Shown piece by piece: positions 1 through 14,269 of a DNA stretch of 64,000 nucleotides. Origin of the DNA: Eledone cirrhosa (Eukaryota); the NCBI GenBank assembly GCA_964016885.1, contig OZ024743.1, forward strand, positions 250,976,001 to 251,040,000. Direction: 5' to 3'. Each line of letters opens with the position of its first letter. The stretch's first letter is position 1. The position numbers and the translations under genes are program-made. The notes below the pieces were generated by a model. The model worked only from the letters and a program-made list of their open reading frames with translations, did not search any database and had not been told where the DNA came from.

Positions 1-3000
1 TGATGGTGTTGTTGGTGGTGCTATTGTCATTGGTTGTTGATGGTGTTGTTGATGGTGCTATTGTCATTGGTTGTTGATGGTGTTGTTGGTGATGTTATTG
101 TCATTGGTTGTTGATGATGTTGTTGGTGATGTTATTGTCATTGGTTGTTGATGGTGTTGTTGGTGATGTTATTATCATTGGTGTTGATGGTGTTGTTGGT
201 GATGTTATTGTCATTGGTTGTTGATGGTGTTGTTGGTGGTGCTATTGTCATTGGTTGTTGATGGTGTTGTTGGTGGTGTTATTGTCATTGGTTGTTGATG
301 GTGTTGTTGGTGATGTTATTGTCATTCGTTGTTGATGGTGTTGTTGGTGATGTTATTATCATTGGTGTTGATGGTGTTGTTGGTGGTGTTATTGTCATTG
401 GTTGTTGATGGTGTTGTTGGTGGTGCTATTGTCATTGGTTGTTGATGGTGTTGTTGGTGATGTTATTGTCATTGGTTGTTGATGGTGTTGTTGGTGATGT
501 TATTGTCATTGGTTGTTGATGGTGTTGTTGGTGATGTTATTATCATTGGTTGTTGATGGTGTTGTTGGTGGTGTTATTGTCATTGGTTGTTGATGGTGTT
601 GTTGGTGATGTTATTGTCATTGGTTGTTGATGGTGTTGTTGGTGGTGTTATTGTCATTGGTTGTTGATGGTGTTCTTGGTGGTGTTATTGTCATTGGTTG
701 TTGATGGTGTTGTTGGTGATATTATTGTCATTGGTTGTTGATGGTGTTGTTGGTGATGTTATTGTCATTGGTTGTTGATGGTGTTGTTGGTGGTGTTATT
801 GTCATTGGTTGCTGATGGTGTTGTTGGTGGTGTTATTGTCATTGGTTGTTGATGGTGTTGTTGGTGGTGTTATTGTCATTGGTTGTTGATGATGTTGTTG
901 GTGGTGTTATTGTCATTGGTTGTTGATGGTGTTGTTGGTGATGTTATTGTCATTGGTTGTTGATGGTGTTGTTGGTGATGTTATTATCATTGGTTGTTGA
1001 TGGTGTTGTTGGTGGTGCTATTGTCATTGGTTGTTGATGGTGTTGTTGGTGATGTTATTGTCATTGGTTGTTGATGGTGTTGTTGGTGGTGTTATTGTCA
1101 TTGGTTGTTGATGGTGTTCTTGGTGGTGTTATTGTCATTGGTTGTTGATGGTGTTGTTGGTGATATTATTGTCATTGGTTGTTGATGGTGTTGTTGGTGA
1201 TGTTATTGTCATTGGTTGTTGATGGCGTTGTTGGTGGTGTTATTGTCATTGGTTGCTGATGGTGTTGTTGGTGGTGTTATTGTCATTGGTTGTTGATGGT
1301 GTTGTTGGTGGTGTTATTGTCATTGGTTGTTGATGATGTTGTTGGTGGTGTTATTGTCATTGGTTGTTGATGGTGTTGTTGGTGGTGTTATTGTCATTGG
1401 TTGTTGATGGTGTTGTTGGTGATATTATTGTCATTGGTTGTTGATGGTGTTGTTGGTGATGTTATTGTCATTGGTTGTTGATGGTGTTGTTGGTGGTGTT
1501 ATTGTCATTGGTTGTTGATGGTGTTGTTGGTGGTGTTATTGTCATTGGTTGCTGATGGTGTTGTTGGTGATGTTATTGTCATTGGTTGTTGATGGTGTTG
1601 TTGGTGGTGTTATTGTCATTGGTTGCTGATGGTGTTGTTGGTGATGTTATTGTCATTGGTTGTTGATGGTGTTGTTGGTGGTGTTATTGTCATTGGTTGT
1701 TGATGATGTTGTTGGTGATGTTATTGTCATTGGTTGTTGATGGTGTTGTTGGTGGTGTTATTGTCATTGGTTGTTGATGATGTTGTTGGTGATGTTATTG
1801 TCATTGGTTGTTGATGGTGTTGTTGGTGGTGTTATTGTCATTGGTTGTTGATGGTGTTGTTGGTGGTCTTATTGTCATTGGTTGTTGATGGTGTTGTTGG
1901 TGATGTTATTGTCATTGGTTGTTGATGGTGTTGTTGGTGATGTTATTGTCATTGGTTGTTGATGATGTTGTTGGTGATGTTATTGTCATTGGTTGTTGAT
2001 GGTGTTGTTGGTGATGTTATTGTCATTGGTGGTTGATGGTGTTGTTGGTGATGTTATTTTCATTGGTTGTTGATGGTGTTGTTGGTGATGTTATTGTCAT
2101 TGGTTGTTGATGGTGTTGTTGGTGGTGTTATTGTCATTGGTTGTTGATGCTGTTGTTGGTGGTGCTATTGTCATTGGTGTTGATGGTGTTGTTGGTGATG
2201 TTATTGTCATTGGTTGTTGATGGTGTTGTTGGTGATGTTATTGTCATTGGTTGTTGATGGTGTTGTTGGTGATGTTATTATCATTGGTGTTGATGGTGTT
2301 GTTGGTGGTGTTATTGTCATTGGTTGTTGATGGTGTTGTTGGTGGTGTTATTGTCATTGGTTGCTGAGGGTGTTGTTGGTGATGTTATTGTCATTGGTTG
2401 TTGATGGTGTTGTTGGTGGTGCTATTGTCATTGGTTGTTGATGGTGTTGTTGGTGGTGCTATTGTCATTGGTTGTTGATGGTGTTGTTGGTGATGTTATT
2501 GTCATTGGTTGTTGATGGTGTTGTTGGTGGTGTTATTGTCATTGGTTGTTGATGGTGTTGTTGGTGATGTTATTGTCATTGGTTGTTGATGATGTTGTTG
2601 GTGATGTTATTGTCATTGGTTGTTGATGGTGTTGTTGGTGATGTTATTATCATTGGTGTTGATGGTGTTGTTGGTGATGTTATTGTCATTGGTTGTTGAT
2701 GGTGTTGTTGGTGATGTTATTGTCATTGGTTGTTGATGGTGTTGGTGATGTTATTGTCATTGGTTGTTGATGGTGTTGGTGATGTTATTGTCATTGGTTG
2801 TTGATGGTGTTGTTGGTGGTGCTATTGTCATTGGTTGTTGATGGTGTTATTGGTGGTGCTATTGTCATTGGTTGTTGATGGTGTTGTTGGTGATGTTATT
2901 GTCATTGGTTGTTGATGATGTTGTTGGTGATGTTATTGTCATTGGTTGTTGATGGTGTTGTTGGTGATGTTATTATCATTGGTGTTGATGGTGTTGTTGG

Positions 3001-6000
3001 TGATGTTATTGTCATTGGTTGTTGATGGTGTTGTTGGTGGTGCTATTGTCATTGGTTGTTGATGGTGTTGTTGGTGGTGTTATTGTCATTGGTTGTTGAT
3101 GGTGTTGTTGGTGATGTTATTGTCATTCGTTGTTGATGGTGTTGTTGGTGATGTTATTATCATTGGTGTTGATGGTGTTGTTGGTGGTGTTATTGTCATT
3201 GGTTGTTGATGGTGTTGTTGGTGGTGTTATTGTCATTGGTTGTTGATGGTGTTGTTGGTGATGTTATTGTCATTGGTTGTTGATGGTGTTGTTGGTGGTG
3301 CTATTGTCATTGGTTGTTGATGGTGTTGTTGGTGGTGTTATTGTCATTGGTTGTTGATGGTGTTGTTGGTGATGTTATTGTCATTGGTTGTTGATGGTGT
3401 TGTTGGTGGTGCTATTGTCATTGGTTGTTGATGGTGTTGTTGGTGGTGTTATTGTCATTGGTTGTTGATGGTGTTGTTGGTGATGTTATTGTCATTCGTT
3501 GTTGATGGTGTTGTTGGTGATGTTATTATCATTGGTGTTGATGGTGTTGTTGGTGGTGTTATTGTCATTGGTTGTTGATGGTGTTGTTGGTGGTGCTATT
3601 GTCATTGGTTGTTGATGGTGTTGTTGGTGATGTTATTGTCATTGGTTGTTGATGGTGTTGTTGGTGATGTTATTGTCATTGGTTGTTGATTGTGTTGTTG
3701 GTGATGTTATTATCATTGGTGTTGATGGTGTTGTTGGTGGTGTTATTGTCATTGGTTGTTGATGGTGTTGTTGGTGGTGTTATTGTCATTGGTTGTTGAT
3801 GGTGTTGTTGGTGATATTATTGTCATTGGTTGTTGATGGTGTTGTTGGTGATGTTATTGTCATTGGTTGTTGATGGTGTTGTTGGTGGTGTTATTGTCAT
3901 TGGTTGTTGATGATGTTGTTGGTGATGTTATTGTCATTGGTTGTTGATGGTGTTGTTGGTGGTGTTATTGTCATTGGTTGTTGATGATGTTGTTGGTGAT
4001 GTTATTGTCATTGGTTGTTGATGGTGTTGTTGGTGGTGTTATTGTCATTGGTTGTTGATGGTGTTGTTGGTGGTGTTATTGTCATTGGTTGTTGATGGTG
4101 TTGTTGGTGATGTTATTGTCATTGGTTGTTGATGGTGTTGTTGGTGATGTTATTGTCATTGGTTGTTGATGATGTTGTTGGTGATGTTATTGTCATTGGT
4201 TGTTGATGGTGTTGTTGGTGATGTTATTGTCATTGGTTGTTGATGGTGTTGTTGGTGATGTTATTTTCATTGGTTGTTGATGGTGTTGTTGGTGATGTTA
4301 TTGTCATTGGTTGTTGATGGTGTTGTTGGTGATGTTATTGTCATTGGTTGTTGATGGTGTTGTTGGTGATGTTATTATCATTGGTGTTGATGGTGTTGTT
4401 GGTGGTGTTATTGTCATTGGTTGTTGATGGTGTTGTTGGTGGTGTTATTGTCATTGGTTGCTGATGGTGTTGTTGGTGATGTTATTGTCATTGGTTGTTG
4501 ATGGTGTTGTTGGTGGTGCTATTGTCATTGGTTGTTGATGGTGTTGTTGGTGGTGCTATTGTCATTGGTTGTTGATGGTGTTGTTGGTGATGTTATTGTC
4601 ATTGGTTGTTGATGGTGTTGTTGGTGGTGTTATTGTCATTGGTTGTTGATGGTGTTGTTGGTGATGTTATTGTCATTGGTTGTTGATGATGTTGTTGGTG
4701 ATGTTATTGTCATTGGTTGTTGATGGTGTTGTTGGTGATGTTATTATCATTGGTGTTGATGGTGTTGTTGGTGATGTTATTGTCATTGGTTGTTGGTGGT
4801 GTTGTTGGTGATGTTATTGTCATTGGTTGTTGATGGTGTTGGTGATGTTATTGTCATTGGTTGTTGATGGTGTTGGTGATGTTATTGTCATTGGTTGTTG
4901 ATGGTGTTGTTGGTGGTGCTATTGTCATTGGTTGTTGATGGTGTTGTTGGTGGTGCTATTGTCATTGGTTGTTGATGGTGTTGTTGGTGATGTTATTGTC
5001 ATTGGTTGTTGATGGTGTTGTTGGTGATGTTATTGTCATTGGTTGTTGATGGTGTTGTTGGTGATGTTATTATCATTGGTGTTGATGGTGTTGTTGGTGA
5101 TGTTATTGTCATTGGTTGTTGATGGTGTTGTTGGTGGTGCTATTGTCATTGGTTGTTGATGGTGTTGTTGGTGATGTTATTGTCATTGGTTGTTGATGGT
5201 GTTGTTGGTGATGTTATTATCATTGGTTGTTGATGGTGTTGTTGGTGATGTTATTATCATTGGTGTTGATGGTGTTGTTGGTGATGTTATTGTCATTGGT
5301 TGTTGATGATGTTGTTGGTGATGTTATTGTCATTGGTTGTTGATGGTGTTGTTGGTGATGTTATTATCATTGGTGTTGATGGTGTTGTTGGTGATGTTAT
5401 TGTCATTGGTTGTTGATGGTGTTGTTGGTGGTGCTATTGTCATTGGTTGTTGATGGTGTTGTTGGTGGTGTTATTTTCATTGGTTGTTGATGGTGTTGTT
5501 GGTGATGTTATTGTCATTCGTTGTTGATGGTGTTGTTGGTGATGTTATTATCATTGGTGTTGATGGTGTTGTTGGTGGTGTTATTGTCATTGGTTGTTGA
5601 TGGTGTTGTTGGTGGTGTTATTGTCATTGGTTGTTGATGGTGTTGTTGGTGATGTTATTGTCATTGGTTGTTGATGGTGTTGTTGGTGGTGCTATTGTCA
5701 TTGGTTGTTGATGGTGTTGTTGGTGGTGTTATTGTCATTGGTTGTTGATGGTGTTGTTGGTGATGTTATTGTCATTGGTTGTTGATGGTGTTGTTGGTGG
5801 TGCTATTGTCATTGGTTGTTGATGGTGTTGTTGGTGGTGTTATTGTCATTGGTTGTTGATGGTGTTGTTGGTGATGTTATTGTCATTCGTTGTTGATGGT
5901 GTTGTTGGTGATGTTATCATCATTGGTGTTGATGGTGTTGTTGGTGGTGTTATTGTCATTGGTTGTTGATGGTGTTGTTGGTGGTGCTATTGTCATTGGT

Positions 6001-9000
6001 TGTTGATGGTGTTGTTGGTGATGTTATTGTCATTGGTTGTTGATGGTGTTGTTGGTGATGTTATTGTCATTGGTTGTTGATGGTGTTGTTGGTGATGTTA
6101 TTATCATTGGTGTTGATGGTGTTGTTGGTGGTGTTATTGTCATTGGTTGTTGATGGTATTGTTGGTGGTGTTATTGTCATTGGTTGTTGATGGTGTTGTT
6201 GGTGATGTTATTGTCATTGGTTGTTGATGGTGTTGTTGGTGATATTATTGTCATTGGTTGTTGATGGTGTTGTTGGTGATGTTATTGTCATTGGTTGTTG
6301 ATGGTGTTGTTGGTGGTGTTATTGTCATTGGTTGCTGATGGTGTTGTTGGTGGTGTTATTGTCATTGGTTGTTGATGGTGTTGTTGGTGGTGTTATTGTC
6401 ATTGGTTGTTGATGATGTTGTTGGTGATGTTATTGCCATTGGTTGTTGATGGTGTTGTTGGTGGTGTTATTGTCATTGGTTGTTGATGGTGTTGTTGGTG
6501 GTGTTATTGTCATTGGTTGCTGATGGTGTTGTTGGTGATGTTATTGTCATTGGTTGTTGATGGTGTTGTTGGTGATATTATTGTCATTGGTTGTTGATGG
6601 TGTTGTTGGTGATGTTATTGTCATTGGTTGTTGATGGTGTTGTTGGTGGTGTTATTGTCATTGGTTGCTGATGGTGTTGTTGGTGATGTTATTGTCATTG
6701 GTTGTTGATGGTGTTGTTGGTGATATTATTGTCATTGGTTGTTGATGGTGTTGTTGGTGATGTTATTGTCATTGGTTGTTGATGGTGTTGTTGGTGGTGT
6801 TATTGTCATTGGTTGTTGATGGTGTTGTTGGTGATGTTATTGTCATTGGTTGTTGATGGTGTTGTTGGTGATGTTATTGTCATTGGTTGTTGATGGTGTT
6901 GTTGGTGATGTTATTGTCATTGGTTGTTGATGGTGTTGTTGGTGATATTATTGTCATTGGTTGTTGATGGTGTTGTTGGTGATGTTATTGTCATTGGTTG
7001 TTGATGGTGTTGTTGGTGATGTTATTGTCATTGGTTGTTGATGGTGTTGTTGGTGATATTATTGTCATTGGTTGTTGATGATGTTGTTGGTGATGTTATT
7101 GTCATTGGTTGTTGATGGTGTTGTTGGTGGTGTTATTGTCATTGGTTGTTGATGGTGTTGTTGGTGGTGTTATTGTCATTGGTTGTTGATGGTGTTGTTG
7201 GTGGTGCTATTGTCATTGGTTGTTGATGGTGTTGTTGGTGGTGCTATTGTCATTGGTTGTTGATGGTGTTGTTGGTGATGTTATTGTCATTGGTTGTTGA
7301 TGGTGTTGTTGGTGGTGTTATTGTCATTGGTTGTTGATGGTGTTGTTGGTGATATTATTGTCATTGGTTGTTGATGGTGTTGTTGGTGATGTTATTGTCA
7401 TTGGTTGTTGATGATGTTGTTGGTGATGTTATTGTCATTGGTTGTTGATGATGTTGTTGGTGATGTTATTGTCATTGGTTGTTGATGGTGTTGTTGGTGA
7501 TGTTATTGTCATTGGTTGTTGATGATGTTGTTGGTGATGTTATTGTCATTGGTTGTTGATGGTGTTGTTGGTGATGTTATTATCATTGGTGTTGATGGTG
7601 TTGTTGGTGATGTTATTGTCATTGGTTGTTGATGGTGTTGTTGGTGATGTTATTGTCATTGGTTGTTGATGGTGTTGGTGATGTTATTGTCATTGGTCGT
7701 TGATGGTGTTGGTGATGTTATTGTCATTGGTTGTTGATGGTGTTGTTGGTGGTGCTATTGTCATTGGTTGTTGATGGTGTTGTTGGTGGTGCTATTGTCA
7801 TTGGTTGTTGATGGTGTTGTTGGTGATGTTATTGTCATTGGTTGTTGATGATGTTGTTGGTGATGTTATTGTCATTGGTTGTTGATGGTGTTGTTGGTGA
7901 TGTTATTATCATTGGTGTTGATGGTGTTGTTGGTGATGTTATTGTCATTGGTTGTTGATGGTGTTGTTGGTGGTGCTATTGTCATTGGTTGTTGATGGTG
8001 TTGTTGGTGGTGTTATTGTCATTGGTTGTTGATGGTGTTGTTGGTGATGTTATTGTCATTCGTTGTTGATGGTGTTGTTGTTGATGTTATTATCATTGGT
8101 GTTGATGGTGTTGTTGGTGGTGTTATTGTCATTGGTTGTTGATGGTGTTGTTGGTGGTGCTATTGTCATTGGTTGTTGATGGTGTTGTTGGTGATGTTAT
8201 TGTCATTGGTTGTTGATGGTGTTGTTGGTGGTGCTATTGTCATTGGTTGTTGATGGTGTTGTTGGTGGTGCTATTGTCATTGGTTGTTGATGGTGTTGTT
8301 GGTGATGTTATTGTCATTGGTTGTTGATGGTGTTGTTGGTGATGTTATTATCATTGGTGTTGATGGTGTTGTTGGTGGTGTTATTGTCATTGGTTGTTGA
8401 TGGTGTTGTTGGTGATGTTATTGTCATTGGTTGTTGATGGTGTTGTTGGTGATGTTATTGTCATTGGTTGTTGATGGTGTTGTTGGTGATGTTATTATCA
8501 TTGGTGTTGATGGTGTTGTTGGTGGTGTTATTGTCATTGGTTGTTGATGGTGTTGTTGGTGGTGTTATTGTCATTGGTTGTTGATGGTGTTGTTGGTGAT
8601 ATTATTGTCATTGGTTGTTGATGGTGTTGTTGGTGATGTTATTGTCATTGGTTGTTGATGGTTTTGTTGGTGGTGTTATTGTCATTGGTTGCTGATGGTG
8701 TTGTTGCTGGTGTTATTGTCATTGGTTGTTGATGGTGTTGTTGGTGGTGTTATTGTCATTGGTTGTTGATGATGTTGTTGGTGATGTTATTGTCATTGGT
8801 TGTTGATGGTGTTGTTGGTGGTGTTATTGTCATTGGTTGTTGATGGTGTTGTTGGTGGTGTTATTGTCATTGGTTGTTGATGGTGTTGTTGGTGATGTTA
8901 TTGTCATTGGTTGTTGATGGTGTTGTTGGTGATGTTATTGTCATTGGTTGTTGATGATGTTGTTGGTGATGTTATTGTCATTGGTTGTTGATGGTGTTGT

Positions 9001-12000
9001 TGGTGATGTTATTGTCATTGGTTGTTGATGGTGTTGTTGGTGATGTTATTTTCATTGGTTGTTGATGGTGTTGTTGGTGATGTTATTGTCATTGGTTGTT
9101 GATGGTGTTGTTGGTGATGTTATTATCATCGGTGTTGATGGTGTTGTTGGTGGTGTTATTGTCATTGGTTGTTGATGGTGTTGTTGGTGATGTTATTGTC
9201 ATTGGTTGTTGATGGTGTTGTTGGTGATGTTATTGTCATTGGTTGTTGATGGTGTTGTTGGTGATGTTATTGTCATTGGTTGTTGATGATGTTGTTGGTG
9301 ATGTTATTGTCATTGGTTGTTGATGATGTTGTTGGTGATGTTATTGTCATTGGTTGTTGATGGTGTTGTTGGTGATGTTATTGTCATTGGTTGTTGATGG
9401 TGTTGTTGGTGGTGTTATTGTCATTGGTTGTTGATGGTGTTGTTGGTGATGTTATTGTCATTGGTTGTTGATGGTGTTGTTGGTGGTGTTATTGTCATTG
9501 GTTGTTGATGGTGTTGTTGGTGATGTTATTGTCATTGGTTGTTGATGGTGTTGTTGGTGATGTTATTGTCATTGGTTGTTGATGGTGTTGTTGGTGATGT
9601 TATTATCATTGGTGTTGATGGTGTTGTTGGTGGTGTTATTGTCATTGGTTGTTGATGGTGTTGTTGGTGGTGTTATTGTCATTGGTTGCTGATGGTGTTG
9701 TTGGTGATGTTATTGTCATTGGTTGTTGATGGTGTTGTTGGTGGTGCTATTGTCATTGGTTGTTGATGGTGTTGTTGGTGGTGCTATTGTCATTGGTTGT
9801 TGATGGTGTTGTTGGTGATGTTATTGTCATTGGTTGTTGATGGTGTTGTTGGTGGTGTTATTGTCATTGGTTGTTGATGGTGTTGTTGGTGATATTATTG
9901 TCATTGGTTGTTGATGGTGTTGTTGGTGATGTTATTGTCATTGGTTGTTGATGATGTTGTTGGTGATGTTATTGTCATTGGTTGTTGATGATGTTGTTGG
10001 TGATGTTATTGTCATTGGTTGTTGATGGTGTTGTTGGTGATGTTATTGTCATTGGTTGTTGATGATGTTGTTGGTGATGTTATTGTCATTGGTTGTTGAT
10101 GGTGTTGTTGGTGATGTTATTATCATTGGTGTTGATGGTGTTGTTGGTGATGTTATTGTCATTGGTTGTTGATGGTGTTGTTGGTGATGTTATTGTCATT
10201 GGTTGTTGATGGTGTTGGTGATGTTATTGTCATTGGTCGTTGATGGTGTTGGTGATGTTATTGTCATTGGTTGTTGATGGTGTTGTTGGTGGTGCTATTG
10301 TCATTGGTTGTTGATGGTGTTGTTGGTGGTGCTATTGTCATTGGTTGTTGATGGTGTTGTTGGTGATGTTATTGTCATTGGTTGTTGATGATGTTGTTGG
10401 TGATGTTATTGTCATTGGTTGTTGATGGTGTTGTTGGTGATGTTATTATCATTGGTGTTGATGGTGTTGTTGGTGATGTTATTGTCATTGGTTGTTGATG
10501 GTGTTGTTGGTGGTGCTATTGTCATTGGTTGTTGATGGTGTTGTTGGTGGTGTTATTGTCATTGGTTGTTGATGGTGTTGTTGGTGATGTTATTGTCATT
10601 CGTTGTTGATGGTGTTGTTGGTGATGTTATTATCATTGGTGTTGATGGTGTTGTTGGTGGTGTTATTGTCATTGGTTGTTGATGGTGTTGTTGGTGGTGC
10701 TATTGTCATTGGTTGTTGATGGTGTTGTTGGTGATGTTATTGTCATTGGTTGTTGATGGTGTTGTTGGTGGTGCTATTGTCATTGGTTGTTGATGGTGTT
10801 GTTGGTGATGTTATTGTCATTGGTTGTTGATGGTGTTGTTGGTGGTGCTATTGTCATTGGTTGTTGATGGTGTTGTTGGTGGTGCTATTGTCATTGGTTG
10901 TTGATGGTGTTGTTGGTGATGTTATTGTCATTGGTTGTTGATGGTGTTGTTGGTGATGTTATTATCATTGGTGTTGATGGTGTTGTTGGTGGTGTTATTG
11001 TCATTGGTTGTTGATGGTGTTGTTGGTGATGTTATTGTCATTGGTTGTTGATGGTGTTGTTGGTGATGTTATTGTCATTGGTTGTTGATGGTGTTGTTGG
11101 TGATGTTATTATCATTGGTGTTGATGGTGTTGTTGGTGGTGTTATTGTCATTGGTTGTTGATGGTGTTGTTGGTGGTGTTATTGTCATTGGTTGTTGATG
11201 GTGTTGTTGGTGATATTATTGTCATTGGTTGTTGATGGTGTTGTTGGTGATGTTATTGTCATTGGTTGTTGATGGTTTTGTTGGTGGTGTTATTGTCATT
11301 GGTTGCTGATGGTGTTGTTGCTGGTGTTATTGTCATTGGTTGTTGATGGTGTTGTTGGTGGTGTTATTGTCATTGGTTGTTGATGATGTTGTTGGTGATG
11401 TTATTGTCATTGGTTGTTGATGGTGTTGTTGGTGGTGTTATTGTCATTGGTTGTTGATGGTGTTGTTGGTGGTGTTATTGTCATTGGTTGTTGATGGTGT
11501 TGTTGGTGATGTTATTGTCATTGGTTGTTGATGGTGTTGTTGGTGATGTTATTGTCATTGGTTGTTGATGATGTTGTTGGTGATGTTATTGTCATTGGTT
11601 GTTGATGGTGTTGTTGGTGATGTTATTGTCATTGGTTGTTGATGGTGTTGTTGGTGATGTTATTTTCATTGGTTGTTGATGGTGTTGTTGGTGATGTTAT
11701 TGTCATTGGTTGTTGATGGTGTTGTTGGTGATGTTATTATCATCGGTGTTGATGGTGTTGTTGGTGGTGTTATTGTCATTGGTTGTTGATGGTGTTGTTG
11801 GTGATGTTATTGTCATTGGTTGTTGATGGTGTTGTTGGTGATGTTATTGTCATTGGTTGTTGATGGTGTTGTTGGTGATGTTATTGTCATTGGTTGTTGA
11901 TGATGTTGTTGGTGATGTTATTGTCATTGGTTGTTGATGATGTTGTTGGTGATGTTATTGTCATTGGTTGTTGATGGTGTTGTTGGTGATGTTATTGTCA

Positions 12001-12215
12001 TTGGTTGTTGATGGTGTTGTTGGTGGTGTTATTGTCATTGGTTGTTGATGGTGTTGTTGGTGATGTTATTGTCATTGGTTGTTGATGGTGTTGTTGGTGG
12101 TGTTATTGTCATTGGTTGTTGATGGTGTTGTTGGTGATGTTATTGTCATTGGTTGTTGATGGTGTTGTTGGTGATGTTATTGTCATTGGTTGTTGATGGT
12201 GTTGTTGGTGATGTC
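1..12215. repeat. 37-bp tandem satellite array (~330 units), open at the window start
   Basis: Consensus tgatggtgttgttggtgatgttattgtcattggttgt; unit 1 = 1-37, unit 2 starts at 38. Recurrent 36-bp (attatcattggtgttgat) and 34-bp (one gtt lost) variants. Confidence 0.99.
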
Positions 12216-12920
12216 ATTGGGAGTGATTATGTTGTTGTCGGTGGCAATGATATTGTTGCTGTTTGTAATGATGATGTTGCTGTGGATGCTGTTGCTGTTG
12301 ATGTTGTTGATATTGATGCTGATGATGTTGCTGGTCGTGATCATATTATTGATGTTGATGTTGTTGATGTGGATCTTGGTGGTTTTGATGTTTTTATTAG
12401 TGGCGATAATGACATTCTTGTTGGTGGTGTTGTTATTGTTGATGATGATGCTGTTATTATTGATGGTGGTGATGTTGATGGTAATGGTTTTGTAAATAGC
12501 GCTGATGATGTTGATGGTGATGATGTTATTGGTGCTGATGATGTTGATGGTGATGTTGATGTTATTAGTGGTGATGATGTTGATGGTGATGATGTTATTG
12601 GTGCTGATGATGTTGATGGTGATGTTGATGTTAATAGCGCTAATGATGTTGATGATGTTATTGGTGCTGATGATGTTGATGGTGATGTTGATGTTATTAG
12701 TGGTGATGATGTTGAAGTTATTATTGTTGTTGTTGTTGTTATTGATGATGTTGATTATGATGTTGTTACTATTGTTGGTGTTATTGTTGGTGTTGATGAT
12801 GGTGATATTGTTTTTGTTTATGATGATGATGATATAGGTGATATTGACTTATAATAATGTTGATATTGATGATATAGAAGCCATTACTGTTGTTGATGTT
12901 GTTACTGTTGAGGATGATAT
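12216..12920. repeat. Degenerate (GAT/GTT/GGT)n low-complexity tract
   Basis: Triplet-phased gat/gtt/ggt with internal repeats such as gctgatgatgttgatggtgat (12500-12710). It is the source of the D/V- and M/L-rich pseudo-ORFs. Confidence 0.9.
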
Positions 12921-13161
12921 GTCTGTCATTTTGTTTTTTGTTTCATTGTCTTTAACTTTATTATTAATTTCTTGTTTTCAAGTTTCTTTTGTTTTATTTA
13001 TATTTTTATATTTTTTCTATCTCCTTCCTTCTGTTTGATGATCTTAATATGACACGACATTTAATCTTTTCAAAATATTATCTCCCATATGTCTATATAT
13101 ATATGTGTGTGTGTATATATATATATGTGAGTGAATGTGTGTGTGTATATATGTGTGTTAA

Positions 13162-13192
<31 letters not shown>

Positions 13193-14269
13193 GTGTGTGT
13201 ATATATAAGTGTGTGTGTGTGTATATATGTGTGTGTATATATGTGTGTGTGTATATATATATATATGTGTGTGTATATATATGTGCTAATGTGCGTGTAT
13301 ATATATATGTGCATGTGTGTGTATGTTATCATTATCATCATCATCACTGTTTAACCTTCTTCTTTCTACATTAGCATGGGTTAGATGAGCTGTCCTATTG
13401 TGAGACAAGCTAAGTTGAATGACCATGTTTTACTTACACCAGAACTGATTTTCGCTTGGTTTCTATGGCTGAATGCCCTTCCTCATGCTAACCACATTTA
13501 CAGTGTACACTGAGTGCTTTTATCATGAAACCTACATGACTATGTTACAGTGTGGACTAGGTGATTTTTGTTGTGATACTTACACAACCCCCTTACAGTG
13601 TGGGTTGGGTGCTTTTTGTCATGTCACCAACATAACCATGTTACAGTATGGACTGGATGCTTTTTATCATGACACCAAAAACGACCACTTTGCAGTGGGG
13701 ACTGGGGGGTTGGGGTGGGGGTGGTACATGAGGAATGGAAAGGTAGATCTAGTGGGTGTGTGTGGATGAAGGGTGGGGTGTTATGATGTGGGTGGAGTGT
13801 TAGGGCATGGGAATTGTATGGAAGGAGGAGGGGTAAGTAAGGGAAGGTAGTGCATACTAGATGTATACTTCAACCTGTGCACATGGGAAGGCAAGTCTTC
13901 TGTATTACTGCACTATGCCAGAGATCTTGATCCTGTGTCATTGCCTTTGAAAATTGTAATTGTCAAAGTTCTGCTTTTATCATCTCATCCCAAGTCTTCC
14001 TAGGTCAACCTACTTCATAGCTTCCATTAAATTTGAGTACTCTGCACCTTTTTATACAACTTCACATGAAAAAAACAAACATAAAAAACGATGACGATAA
14101 TGTTGTGATGCTCTCTTCTTAGTGAGACAACTACAAGAGATTTTTGATTATTAAGTGTAAGCTATTATAGCTAACTTTAATCTGAAGAAGACCTTTCACA
14201 GGACAGAGTTCCCTAATGGTTCAGCTGCTTTGCCTGTCTTCATATCTTTAATTGGCAAACTTACTACAC

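Noticed and set aside
1-12854. Satellite or D/V-rich ORFs as a mucin-like or acidic repeat protein
   Set aside because: The 37-bp unit shifts frame and brings in stops every few units on both strands. The 12153-12854 ORFs are translations of triplet low-complexity DNA.
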